Assembly: GCA_963796965.1 (NCBI GenBank)
Contig: CAWCNS010000009.1
Span: forward strand, 1 to 64,000
Origin: Calditrichia bacterium
Lineage (GTDB): Bacteria > Calditrichota > Calditrichia > JAJRVZ01
Reading direction: 5' to 3'
DNA: 64,000 nucleotides
The notes under the pieces are model-generated. The model was not told where the DNA came from, did not search any database, and was given only the letters and a program-made list of their open reading frames with translations. The position numbers and the translations under genes were made by a program. The first letter of the stretch is position 1, and every line of letters begins with the position of its first letter. Positions 1-10,784 of this stretch are shown here, one piece after another.

Positions 1-1580
1 CCTCCAGGTCACTTTCCCGAATAGATCAGGTCATTGAATACAGTCTTGAAGGTGCTTTAAACAAAATTCGCGAAGAAGATGGCGAGGGGTCCTGGCAAGA
101 AGCTATCAATATTACCGACGAAGGATTAGAGCGGGTTGAACAAAATATCGAAGATATTATGAACACATTAAAAACCCGGATCGATGAAAGTCTCAAAAAA
201 TTTGATTTGATAGCAGATGATCTTGAGGAGGAAATTCAGGTATTAGGGGACAATGAAGAACTCCTGAAACTTAAAATAAGACTGACCCGGGCCAGAACAA
301 AAGCCAGGTTTATTGAAACCCGGAAACAAGTATGGCAATATATATTTTTATTTTTACCAAAATTACTTCGGTTTTTAAATGATGCAATAAAAAAGGTAAT
401 GGAAAGATATTCAAAAGTTCGACGTCTGGCTCGACTCGATGACTCCGATATTCAGAGTGAGATTTCCTTTACACAATATCTTGCAGATGTTGAGAAAAAA
501 ATTAATCAAATGCCATACATTTATCAGCGGATTTTTCGTACAGAACCCCTCGAGGACGATAAATTTTTTGTTGGCAGATCAAAAGTCTTGGATACATTCA
601 ATCAGGATTATGAGGATCTTAATAAGAATTATCACCCACTTACGGCTCTTGTCGGTGAAAAAGGCTCTGGAAAAACATCTACTTTAAATTATGTCAGGAG
701 AAACATTTTTAAAGGTTTTCCTGTAGCAGAAATAGATATCACCCATACCATTTACACCAGAAATGGTCTGATGGATATTTTACTGCCGGCGTTGAAATTG
801 TCAGATGTCCAGACAACTGATGATCTGATTCGCTCACTCAATAGCCAAGCAGAGAATAGAATATGTATTGTTGAAAATATTCACAATCTTTTTTTAAGAT
901 CGATTGAAGGGTTTCAGGCGTTGGATGATCTCTTGTTAATCATCTCCAAAACCCGACGTAAGGTATTTTGGATGATCAGTTGTGGCAGGTACGCCTGGGA
1001 ATATCTTGAAACGATTACAAAAATCTCATCGTTTTTCAAACGGATTATTCATCTTGAGGATTTATCTACAGATGAATTAAAGGACTTGATTTTGTCACGT
1101 CACCAGATTAGCGGATACGGGATAGACTATATACCTACATCTAAAATTACAAATTCACGACAGTATAAAAAAATAACAAATCCCCTGCAGCAACAGCAAT
1201 ATCTCGAGGACTATTTTTTTAAACGTCTTTCTGATTCGGCTGAAGGGAACATTAGGGTGGCCATTTATTTTTGGCTAAGTGCGATTAATGAATTTAAGGA
1301 GTCCGATATCAATATATCCATGGACATTAAATCCGAAAGCCAGTTTCTCCATCAACTACCGACGGAAGAAATTTTATCGTTAGCTGCATTTATCCAGCAT
1401 GAATATTTGGATGAGGAAAAGCATGCTGTAATTTTTAACCAGACAGTTACTGAGAGTACTATTCATATTGAGAAATTATATAAAAAGGGTTTATTACTCA
1501 GAAATGAAGATGTTTTTCTTGTTCACCCTTATTTATACAGGCCTGTGGTAAGGGCTTTAAAATTACGAAATATAATTTGA
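1..1580 (+). CDS. P-loop/AAA-type ATPase-domain protein, 5' partial
   Basis: Frame is open from position 3 (SRSLSRIDQVIEYSLEG...) into ORF 159-1580. Walker A GEKGSGKT, Walker B-like CIVENIHN. Directly precedes an MscS gene. Confidence 0.7.
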   Translation, partial: SRSLSRIDQVIEYSLEGALNKIREEDGEGSWQEAINITDEGLERVEQNIEDIMNTLKTRIDESLKKFDLIADDLEEEIQVLGDNEELLKLKIRLTRARTKARFIETRKQVWQYIFLFLPKLLRFLNDAIKKVMERYSKVRRLARLDDSDIQSEISFTQYLADVEKKINQMPYIYQRIFRTEPLEDDKFFVGRSKVLDTFNQDYEDLNKNYHPLTALVGEKGSGKTSTLNYVRRNIFKGFPVAEIDITHTIYTRNGLMDILLPALKLSDVQTTDDLIRSLNSQAENRICIVENIHNLFLRSIEGFQALDDLLLIISKTRRKVFWMISCGRYAWEYLETITKISSFFKRIIHLEDLSTDELKDLILSRHQISGYGIDYIPTSKITNSRQYKKITNPLQQQQYLEDYFFKRLSDSAEGNIRVAIYFWLSAINEFKESDINISMDIKSESQFLHQLPTEEILSLAAFIQHEYLDEEKHAVIFNQTVTESTIHIEKLYKKGLLLRNEDVFLVHPYLYRPVVRALKLRNII

Positions 1581-1594
1581 TTGAGGATTATTTC

Positions 1595-2582
1595 ATGAAA
1601 TACATTAAACCCATTTACTCGCAGGTATGTTGTGTTTTATTATCTTACTTTTCAGCGAACCTCTCAGAGCACAATCAATGAATTCGGATGAAACCTTATC
1701 GTCCGCTGATTCGACGATCTCTTCATCTAAAAGTGACACCCTGGCTGTTACTTTAGTTCCAAGTATTCCAAATTTAAATACGAAAGAGTGGAGTATTTCA
1801 TTCTCCAAGATTTTTGTAAGTTTGATGATTTTTGTTATTGTCTTTGTCATCATTCGATATGTCACAAGATTCATCGAAATGCTAGGTGAGCGCTGGGGGC
1901 CTTTTCGATTGCTTGTAAAAAGACTTGTTCCCATTCTCCGGATTAGCGGTTGGACCATCGTCATCTACTTTATAATTGCGGTTGTTATTGCTCCGCCTAT
2001 TGAGACTCTGATTGCCGTTACTGCTTCTGCCGGTATTGCCATTGGCTTTGCTTCGCAGGATATCCTAAAGAATATTTTCGGTGGTATTATGATCCTCTTT
2101 GATCGTCCCATTCCAGATGGGTGATAAGATATCTGTGGGCAATCATTATGGCGAGGTGATTCAGATCGGATTACGGACAGTAAGAATTGTAACCGCCGAT
2201 GATTCTGTCGTATCCATACCGAACGGTGAAATCGTCAATCAATCTGTTTCCAATTCAAACTCCGGAGAATTCAATTGTCAGGTAGTTGCGGAATTTTATC
2301 TACCTGCTGATATAAATGTGATCCGTCTTAAAAAAATCTGCTTCCTGGCGGCTGCTGTTTCCAGGTATGCCTATTTAAAAAAGCCTATCGCGGTTATCAT
2401 TAAAAATGAAATATATTGAGGGAAGATCATTATTTAAAATCAGATTGAAAGCCTATGTCTTTGATATACGCTATGAATTTGCCTTTGCCAGTGAAATGAC
2501 GGAACTGGTAATGAATCAGGTGCTCAAAGAAAAATTAGTTTCTCCTGAATCACTTTCATATTTCAAATATGAACTTGAGTAA
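1595..2582 (+). CDS. MscS-family mechanosensitive channel (frameshifted)
   Basis: GAGG RBS and ATG at 1595. Joining frames gives GIAIGFASQDILKNIFGG..DRPF-GDKISVG..GEVIQIGLRTV..IPNG and a tail LKAYVFDIRYEFAFASEMTE ending at TAA 2582. Three or more indels. Confidence 0.85.
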
Positions 2583-2613
2583 GCTGAATCATCATTCTAC
2601 AGCAGAAAAAAGA

Positions 2614-3042
2614 ATGAAGAAAATTCTGATTCAACTAATCATAATCCTTAGTATTTTACAACTACGCCTTCAGTTCTGCGAGGGCAATAGATATTTATAC
2701 GGCGCAGATGTCCGCTTGGAGTTGTCTAACTTCCTTATTTCAGGAGAATATATTTTGGCCCGGTTTGATCCAAATCAAGTTCAGGGCCTTCTCAAAAACT
2801 CAATCCAGATGTACGGGTATTATGCCACATTTGGATACCGGATATTTAACAACTTTCAACTTTTGCTCCGACTCGATTCGTTTTACATCTATAAAATGGC
2901 CTATAAGAACGAATTACTTGTTTTTGGATTGAATTATTGGCCGAATAAGATATCGGAGCTTCAATTAAATATTCTGATCGATTAAAATGATAAAACTTTA
3001 AAAACGCAGCAGTATCTGCTCAATATGCAAATCTCATTCTAA
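2614..3042 (+). pseudogene. Outer-membrane porin remnant (signal peptide joined to C-terminal beta-strands)
   Basis: MKKILIQLIIILSIL runs straight into YGADVRLE..GEYI..GYYATFGYRI..GLNYWP. In-frame TAA at 2985, then NDKTLKTQQYLLNMQISF with a terminal Phe. Confidence 0.55.
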
Positions 3043-3216
3043 TCAATGACCAGAATGGATGGTTAAATTATCATGACGATTGTGGCAAAATCTCAAAAAA
3101 GAGGCAATGCAATAATTGAAAAATTTTATCTTATTTTTAAGAACTGAATCTTGCATAAATATCAAAATATAAATAACAACTAAATAATTTCAGACTATAA
3201 ATTCAGGATATAGCAT

Positions 3217-4584
3217 ATGACGAACGATATTCAGCAACCAACCTGGAAGACTCTTAAAGAATATATTGAAAGCAAGAGTGGTAATAAAATCATTAAACTT
3301 TTTGAGAAAACCAATCCTGCTGAAACCGCCCGGGCCAGTTGCTCATCTGGATGAGATTCCCGCGAGAAACTGATTATTTTCTTGACCCGGAAAATGCAGC
3401 GACTCTTCTGCACACAATCCCTGATGAACAGGCCGCTGATATCATTGAAAAAATTCCGTGCAGAAGATGCCGCAGCTATCATCGATCAGATGCCTGTAGA
3501 TGAACAGGCAGATATTTTATCCGATATAAATTCAGAAGAAGCAGAGGCCATATTAGATGCGATGCCGCAAGAAGATGCTTCCATGACCCGCCAAATAATG
3601 GCATATCCTGCTGATACGGCAGGTGCGATTATGACCCTGGAATATCTGGCATATACGGAGAATACGACCTGTGGTGAAATTATCCATGATCTGCAAAAAA
3701 ACCAGGAGCAATATTCAGATTATGAAGTACAGTATGCTTATATAATCTCAAAATCAAATCGTCTGGTTGGTGTGTTGAGGATGCGGGATCTTAATATTAG
3801 GTAAAAAGAAATATCCGGGTACAATCATTAATGATAAAAAAGCCACTTCATGTAAAAGTAGACACCCCATTGGATGAATTAATTCAATTTTTCGAGGAAC
3901 ATCGATATATCGGCGTTCCTGTTACAAATAAACAAAAGCGACTTGATAGGAGTGGTGAGGCGCGCCAGAGTTATGGAAGCCTCAACTTTGCGCGCAGAAA
4001 TATCTTATTGAAAAGAAGCGGTATTACCCAGGGAGAAGAGTTCCGCTCAATGCCCCTAATGCAGAGGGCATTCCGGCGCCTATCCTGGTTGAGTATCAAT
4101 ATTGTTCTAAATATCATCGCCGCCAGTGTTATTGCTTTTTATCAGGAAACTTTGTCGGCTGTTATCGCCCTGGCTGTTTTCTTACCGATTATATCAGATA
4201 TGAGCGGTTGTTCAGGAAATCAATCGGTTGCCGTCAGTATACGAGAGTTGACCTTAGGCTTAATAAAACCCACAGAAATTTTCCGGGTAATAAAAAAGGA
4301 AATCGGAATTGGAATTTTAAATGGTATTATTTTAGGCGGGATTTTAGGCCTGGTAGCATTTTTATGGCAAAATAATCTTTATCTGGGATTGGTGATCGCC
4401 GCCGCATTGGCAATTAACACCATCGTTGCTGTTTCGCTTGGGCAGTTCAATCCCCCTGATACTGAAAACAATAAAAATGGATCCTGCTCTCGCCTCAAGT
4501 CCGATTTTAACAACCGTAACAGATATGTGTGGATTTTTCTTTGCTTTGAGTTTTGCGACCTTGGCTCTGCCATACATTTCTTAA
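3217..4584 (+). CDS. mgtE: Magnesium transporter MgtE (frameshifted)
   Basis: MgtE_N repeats, YPADTAGAIM plus CBS pair, RRLSWL, VFLPIISDMSGCSGNQS, DPALASSPILTTVTDMCGFF in shifted frames. Confidence 0.9.
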
Positions 4585-4703
4585 TAATCTAAGATCTTGG
4601 GAGCTTGCTGCTAATGCAGGCCAAACCCACCCAAGTCGCCGGAATTAAAAAATTTGATAAGGTCAAAGACACATAAATTTCAAATCTAAAAATATGAGGT
4701 CTA

Positions 4704-5621
4704 ATGAATAAGATTGATGATTGGATACAACGTATTACCGGATTAAATATTGAAGTTCAGGATAAAATTTATTTTTCGATTCTCCTCATTGTAACCCTAT
4801 GGTTAATCAGGTTTATATCCTATCGAATCGTATGCAATAAAACTGAGAGTGCTCAAATTCGTTACCGATGGCAGAAAGGTTTAACTTATTTTACAGTAAT
4901 AACAGGTATCATACTAGTGGGTCGTGTTTGGTTTGCAGGAATGCAATCATTAGCAACCTATCTGGGTCTTGTTTCTGCCGGAATTGCCATTGCACTTAAG
5001 GATATATTCATTAGTCTGGCCGGCTGGTTGTTTCTCATATGGCGTCGACCCTTTTCTGTTGGAGATCGCATACAAATCGGCAATTATATAGGAGATGTTA
5101 TCGATTTGCGTATTTTTAAATTTACGTTACTGGAAATTGGAAATTGGGTGGATGCGGATCAAAGTACAGGACGAATCATGCATCTTCCAAACCTCATGGT
5201 ATTGACAGAGACAATCGCAAATTACAGCAAAGGGTTTCAGTACATTTGGAATGAAATCGCCGTTCTTGTCACATTTGAAAGCAATTGGGAAAAGGCAAAA
5301 GATATCCTGGAAAAAATAGGTAGCAGGCATGCCGAACATCTTAGTGCCGCTGCCGAGAAAAGGTTGAAACAGGCCAGTAAAAAATATATGATTTTTTATA
5401 CTACCCTAACACCTACCGTGTATACGACCGTAAAAGACTGTGGAGTGATGTTAACGATACGCTATTTGATAGAACCTAGGGGACGCAGGCTAAGCGAACA
5501 GTCTATTTGGGAGGATATATTGCATGAATTTGCCCCCTGTTCCGATATCGATTTTGCTTACCCAACCCAGCGATTCTATAATAATACTATGGAGGGTAAA
5601 AAAGGGACACGTCCACAATAA
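4704..5621 (+). CDS. MscS-family mechanosensitive channel
   Basis: GLVSAGIAIALKD..RPFSVGDRIQIG..GDVIDLRIF..DQSTGRI, C-terminal FAYPTQR. Intact ORF. Confidence 0.92.
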   Translation: MNKIDDWIQRITGLNIEVQDKIYFSILLIVTLWLIRFISYRIVCNKTESAQIRYRWQKGLTYFTVITGIILVGRVWFAGMQSLATYLGLVSAGIAIALKDIFISLAGWLFLIWRRPFSVGDRIQIGNYIGDVIDLRIFKFTLLEIGNWVDADQSTGRIMHLPNLMVLTETIANYSKGFQYIWNEIAVLVTFESNWEKAKDILEKIGSRHAEHLSAAAEKRLKQASKKYMIFYTTLTPTVYTTVKDCGVMLTIRYLIEPRGRRLSEQSIWEDILHEFAPCSDIDFAYPTQRFYNNTMEGKKGTRPQ

Positions 5622-5911
5622 ATTAATGTTGTATTTATAAGGAAACTTTCACTTTCGCCTTTATTTGGGATAAATTCAAATGTGAAGTTTTTAATAGGTT
5701 TTTTATTTAAAATTGTTTCTTTGATTATCTCAGCTAAACCAGTAAGATTTTCGCTAAATAATTGATCAGACTTTTTCCAACAATCTCTTCAAGGGGTGTA
5801 TCCGAGAAAATTAGAGATTGTATTGTTCGCAGCAACATTATTCATATCATGATCAATTAAAACCACGATACCCTCAGGGAGATTTTCAAAGATTGTACGT
5901 AGTTCCTCAAT
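5622..5911 (-). pseudogene. Isolated PAS-domain fragment
   Basis: Manual translation: IEELRTIFENLPEGIVVLIDHDMNNVAANNTISNFLG/PLEEIVGKSL/LFSENLTGLAEIIKETILNKKPIKNFTFEF. No start codon, two frameshifts. Confidence 0.65.
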
Positions 5912-5912
5912 C

Positions 5913-6959
5913 TTATAGAGTTGCCATTTCGTCATTATCAAAATTACGTCGATAATACCCCATATATTCTACCTTTCTCTCAAGGGCCTCTATAACTGCA
6001 AGATTGAAATTGACTTTTTCAAACCGTTGCGCGCTTCCAAGCCCTCCTGGACTGAAAACATTTATTTCCATCAATTTATTACCAACGATATCGAGACCTA
6101 CCAGAAACATACCATCCTGGACCAATTTTGGTCTTACAATTTCGGCTAACTGCAGATGTTCTTTTGTAATCTCAGCCTGTCTCAATTTACCACCTGCATG
6201 AATATTACTGCGCATATCATCACCACTTCTTACGCGCCGGAAGGCGGCATATTTCCCTTTATATCGTAAAGGAATTCCATTCATCATAAAAAGACGGATA
6301 TCGCCGTCCTGGGCATCGGGCAGATATTCCTGGGCAATGATATAGCCATCACGCAATAATGACTCGATGATTTGGTTTAAATTACTTTTATCTTCAGGCC
6401 GAACTAAAAAAACACCGGAGCCCCCAGAACCTTGTAATGGTTTGAGAACGATATGTCCGCCTTGTTCCTGGGCAAAACTTTTAATATCAGATGCATCTCT
6501 CGTGATCAGCGTTTTAGGCCGGACTTCTTCCGGAAAAAGCTGGAAATATGTTTTATTTACTGCTTTTGCAAGTCCGTTCGGATCGTTTAATACAATCACA
6601 CCATGGCGCATGGCAATACGTCCAAAATTGATACCCGCTGTTGCTGCCCAGGATCTCATTCCCGACTCATTGGCCGGATCACTGCGTAACATCAGTACGT
6701 CTAAATCATCAACTGTAATTCGTTCGCTAATTGCCTTCTTCCCCTGTAAAAGGGACAGATAGCTTTCGGTTGATTTGTATTGCCTTTTTGGCACTGTTCG
6801 CCCACGTGCCCGAATACTTTCATCGGGATCATAGGCGAAATCACCTAATCCTATTGTCCAGGCCTCATGGCCACGGTTTATAGCCCACATGGCCAAACGG
6901 GTTGTGGTATAGCCAGCTTGTTCTGTCATCACATCGTTTACTACAAATCCTATTTTCAT
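5913..6959 (-). CDS. gshB: Glutathione synthetase-like ATP-grasp ligase
   Basis: DVLMLRSDP, VLNDPNGL, VLKPLQGSGGSGVF, AQEYLP..GDIR, RSNIHAGG, GLDIVGNKLMEINVFSPGG. Confidence 0.85.
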   Translation of the reverse strand: MKIGFVVNDVMTEQAGYTTTRLAMWAINRGHEAWTIGLGDFAYDPDESIRARGRTVPKRQYKSTESYLSLLQGKKAISERITVDDLDVLMLRSDPANESGMRSWAATAGINFGRIAMRHGVIVLNDPNGLAKAVNKTYFQLFPEEVRPKTLITRDASDIKSFAQEQGGHIVLKPLQGSGGSGVFLVRPEDKSNLNQIIESLLRDGYIIAQEYLPDAQDGDIRLFMMNGIPLRYKGKYAAFRRVRSGDDMRSNIHAGGKLRQAEITKEHLQLAEIVRPKLVQDGMFLVGLDIVGNKLMEINVFSPGGLGSAQRFEKVNFNLAVIEALERKVEYMGYYRRNFDNDEMATL

Positions 6960-6972
6960 GTATCCTCCTTGT

Positions 6973-8877
6973 TTATATGAGATTTAAGACCGATATACCT
7001 TTCTTTAGATATTCCAATTTTTTAGTGGCTTCTTTATTATCCAGATAACGGGGACGCAAAGGAGCCGGATGAAGAACTTTGCGTGATGCCAACTCCTTGA
7101 TAATTGGAATATGCCAGGTTGAAATTTTACCTACAAAAAGTGGTTCCAGTGCCCCCCCATTTCCAAGATAGCTGAATATTTGTTCCAATCCGCGAAGATA
7201 GACAGCATCTTTAGTTAGACCACCGCTACGATAGATTCGGGCAGTTATGGAATAGGCCGTGCGCTGAGCAAAGCCATAAGTATGATACAGTTCACGAAAA
7301 GTGTCAATAAACGAGGCACTATTTATCATCATATTTGTCGCCTGAACCCTGGCCGCCAGAAGTCTTAATCGGGGCAGACTTAATCCACCTACCAGATACT
7401 CGGCAAGTACCGCCAATCCCTCCTGCAATTCATCATATCCCGCGAAACCTGTATATAATTGTTGAAACGGCTGTGCCCGTCCGTTATAGTAAGTTAAGAC
7501 ATGGGTTCCAATTTCATGCTGTATCAACGCTTCTAAACGGGATGTTGGGATATTTATTTCCCGTCCAATTAAAATGTTTCCCCGCGAAACCATTAAACCA
7601 CTTATATCATTCCTGATTTCCACGCTAGCGGACATATCGGGGAATATTTCTTTGTAATATGCAATTTCTTCTGAAGCACGCTGTGCAAACATTTTAGCAT
7701 TTACCCTGGACTTGCCAATCGTTTCATGGCGGTGAGGCGGTATTTTTTTCAGCATATGCGATGCCAGTTCCGCTAATTCTTTTTCAACACTTCCAAATAG
7801 CTGCAGACTACTATAAAAAAAGTCTGACGTGCCCCGATCGCGCAACATAGATAATTCTTGTTCGATTTCAATTTGCTTTTCCCTGAATATAAAGGCCAGA
7901 GTCGGGTCCTCAATATAATCAATAGGAATCTGATACAGGTCCCTCTTGAGAGAAGATGGATCAATTGGGATAGGCCGGTAATAAAAGACCGGTGACTTTT
8001 CAAATTTATTTTTCTTAAACTGGTTCCAGGCCTGTTCTATATTTATTGGTGTAATATTTAACAATAAGTCGTAGGCATTACTTATTTGGGCAAGTTTCTT
8101 ATCAACTTCCCAAACGGCTTTTACAACGGCCCTCCGGCCGAGCGCCTGATAATTTTGCGGGCGATGAGTCGTACGATTATGCGAGAATGTAAAAAGTCCC
8201 TGTTTAATTACTCTGGAAAACCCCCGGTGAAGCCGACGCAGTACAAAGGGAAATATTTCTCCCGTCTTTGAATTTCGGTATACTGGATTTATCTCAACAC
8301 CGATTAAATAGACATTTTTTTCTTTTAACCTGGCGACAGGAATTATAGAAGACATATTTGACGGCCATGCGTGTGTGTTAAATTTTAAATCCACAATCGC
8401 TTTTTGTTTCAATATTGTAATTCTTTTAAATCCTTTTTCTAATGATTCAACCGTTTCAGTGGGGATCCGTTGTGCAGAAGTACGAATCTGAAAATAAGGG
8501 CTAGGTGGCGTCAATTCAGGTTCAGGGTGATTTAAAGAACTCATACCTGCCCAGATCTCAATAATTAAAAAAGCACCGTATTTATTGGATTGTACATCAA
8601 CGATAGATTGCACAAGCGCTGAAACTTCTTTAGTCATTTTTGAACTGGAGGAGGTAATCAGGTATGATGCTTCACCTTTAACAAGTCGCTCTGTTCCCTG
8701 GTCTTTTATTTTCGTAGGACTACGATACACACATAAAAAGGGCAAACTACGGTCAATATGTAATCGCCCGTTCATAGGTAAGGCCCGACGAACCTGCTTA
8801 TTTTCAGCCAATCGATCGCACACATCGGTTATAAATTCGGACGAGATCAGATTCGTCGTTTTACTCTTATCTACCAT
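6973..8877 (-). CDS. QEGLA-motif / DUF1704 zinc metallopeptidase, long form
   Basis: HEIGTH metal motif, QEGLAVLAE, TKDAVYLRG. N-terminal GRLHIDRSLPFLCVYR extension. Confidence 0.9.
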   Translation of the reverse strand: MVDKSKTTNLISSEFITDVCDRLAENKQVRRALPMNGRLHIDRSLPFLCVYRSPTKIKDQGTERLVKGEASYLITSSSSKMTKEVSALVQSIVDVQSNKYGAFLIIEIWAGMSSLNHPEPELTPPSPYFQIRTSAQRIPTETVESLEKGFKRITILKQKAIVDLKFNTHAWPSNMSSIIPVARLKEKNVYLIGVEINPVYRNSKTGEIFPFVLRRLHRGFSRVIKQGLFTFSHNRTTHRPQNYQALGRRAVVKAVWEVDKKLAQISNAYDLLLNITPINIEQAWNQFKKNKFEKSPVFYYRPIPIDPSSLKRDLYQIPIDYIEDPTLAFIFREKQIEIEQELSMLRDRGTSDFFYSSLQLFGSVEKELAELASHMLKKIPPHRHETIGKSRVNAKMFAQRASEEIAYYKEIFPDMSASVEIRNDISGLMVSRGNILIGREINIPTSRLEALIQHEIGTHVLTYYNGRAQPFQQLYTGFAGYDELQEGLAVLAEYLVGGLSLPRLRLLAARVQATNMMINSASFIDTFRELYHTYGFAQRTAYSITARIYRSGGLTKDAVYLRGLEQIFSYLGNGGALEPLFVGKISTWHIPIIKELASRKVLHPAPLRPRYLDNKEATKKLEYLKKGISVLNLI

Positions 8878-8896
8878 TTTTCACACTCATAGTAAA

Positions 8897-9676
8897 TTAT
8901 TTCTCTAATTCCTCTAAGACACCTGTTGTTGTGAATTTTAAGAGTGATTTGATTTCAGTTAACTGCGCCCTGTCAGGTTCGCCACTCCATTCGTCCATGA
9001 AAAACTTTTTAAATTCAATCGACAAGCAACATACCTGCTTAGGAAAATTTTCGTGAATCCAACGTGAAAAATATCCCCCTTTAAATTTGATATTTTCCCT
9101 CACATCCAATGATCTTCCAAAATAGTTATAGATTCGCATATCAGCAAGAAATCTGTTTACAATTGGATCCCAAAATTTACGATCCATTGTTCCGGTTCCA
9201 ATATTGACCTCCGGATTTAACTCCGGATCAGCAGGCGGTTGCTCCGGCCCCTGACGGCGATGATTATAACTATGCAGATCATAGATAACAATTTTATCAT
9301 GCTGCTCAAGTAAATGATTTATACTAGAACGAACACTCTCATAGAATTCTGCATATTTTAACCGTGTTTGTGTCACAAGCTCCTCAGGGGGACCACTATG
9401 CCATAGATCCAATCCCCAGGCATCTTCGGGTACAAGATAAACACTTTTATCAGGGGGGCGGTTTAGATCAACCTCAAAACGGGAGAAATTTGCAATAATT
9501 TTGTTTGATGAAATTTCTGCCCAGCCTCCCGTAAAGGGATCTTCCTCTCGCAACCTCTCAGCAGCTGATAATGCGGTAAGATGCTCCAGTTCTTCACTCA
9601 ATAGATGTCCGTTATGAATTGCCGCAGCGATTATCGGAATTTCATGATTTAATTTTATATGGCTAAATTTTTGCAT
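8897..9676 (-). CDS. N-formylglutamate amidohydrolase family protein
   Basis: AIHNGH, RLREEDPFT, SRFEVDLNR, YDLHSYN, ENIKFKGG, IEFKKFFMDEW. Confidence 0.9.
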   Translation of the reverse strand: MQKFSHIKLNHEIPIIAAAIHNGHLLSEELEHLTALSAAERLREEDPFTGGWAEISSNKIIANFSRFEVDLNRPPDKSVYLVPEDAWGLDLWHSGPPEELVTQTRLKYAEFYESVRSSINHLLEQHDKIVIYDLHSYNHRRQGPEQPPADPELNPEVNIGTGTMDRKFWDPIVNRFLADMRIYNYFGRSLDVRENIKFKGGYFSRWIHENFPKQVCCLSIEFKKFFMDEWSGEPDRAQLTEIKSLLKFTTTGVLEELEK

Positions 9677-9689
9677 GTCTGATCCTATA

Positions 9690-10727
9690 CTATTTATTTC
9701 TTAGGTCTTTTCTGGCTTCTGCCTGGAGATCTACCACCTTATCTGTCTCATCTACAATTTCATGTCCAAGGGCTGTTTCAATTAAATCTTCAAGGGTCAC
9801 GATCCCGGCCAAACTATCAAACTCATCAGTTACGACAGCAATGTGTTTTCTCGATTTCAAAAAATTATTCAACAAATTTAAACAGTTCGTATTTTCATCA
9901 ATCTTCGTGATTTTAAGGAGAATTGATTTCAAATTCTCACTCCCCTTATCCAGAATGTTTAATGTGTAAACATCTTTCACAAGAACATATCCAATAACAT
10001 TTTCTTTATCATTCTCATAAACAGGGATTCTATTAAACGCATGTGGATGGATCTCATTAAATGCTCTTTTAACAGATAAATTTACGTCCAGGGAAAAAAC
10101 CATTTTCCTTGGTGTCATAATCTCTTCCACCCGCTTTTCTTCCAAATTAATAATATTTCTCACCATACGGCTTTCATCATGACTTATTTCACCTTCTTTT
10201 GCACCCAGGTGAACCAATGCCACTATTTCTTCTTCTGTAATAGATTTGGGAGTAGTACTACTTGTTAACAATTTGGTAATCTTTTCGGTGATGAATATTA
10301 ATGGCGAGAGCAGGTATTGTATGAGTCTTAAAGGATATACAACCCAGGGCCATAGAATCTTCCAATGAACCGCACCAAGTGTTTTTGGCATAATTTCTGA
10401 TAGAAATAGAATCAATATGGTAAATGTTATTGAAAAAACCACTATATATTCAGTACCCAGAACATGTGTTGCATACATTCCTGCGATAGTGGCACCGGCG
10501 GTATTTGCGAGAGTATTCAAAATTAATATTGCTGCGATAGGTTTAGATATATTAAGTTTCATATCAATAAAAATACGCGCTAACTTTCCTTTCTGGCGCT
10601 GCGTTTTTGCAGATTCCAGCGTGCCTCTCCTGGATGAGTAAAGCACGGCTTCGTACAACGAACAGTTGGCGGACACCAATATTGTCAAGAAAACAATTAA
10701 AACTAAAACAGTCATATTCGTCCTCAT
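9690..10727 (-). CDS. CNNM/DUF21-CBS (hemolysin-family) membrane protein
   Basis: SANCSLYEA, ILILNTLANT, SEIMPKT, IMTPR, CBS pair with GIVTLEDLIE. Confidence 0.9.
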   Translation of the reverse strand: MRTNMTVLVLIVFLTILVSANCSLYEAVLYSSRRGTLESAKTQRQKGKLARIFIDMKLNISKPIAAILILNTLANTAGATIAGMYATHVLGTEYIVVFSITFTILILFLSEIMPKTLGAVHWKILWPWVVYPLRLIQYLLSPLIFITEKITKLLTSSTTPKSITEEEIVALVHLGAKEGEISHDESRMVRNIINLEEKRVEEIMTPRKMVFSLDVNLSVKRAFNEIHPHAFNRIPVYENDKENVIGYVLVKDVYTLNILDKGSENLKSILLKITKIDENTNCLNLLNNFLKSRKHIAVVTDEFDSLAGIVTLEDLIETALGHEIVDETDKVVDLQAEARKDLRNK

Positions 10728-10784
10728 TCTATTTGCTGAGAGTTTACACTATTTAAATTCTACTATATCAGACTAAATTTATAA

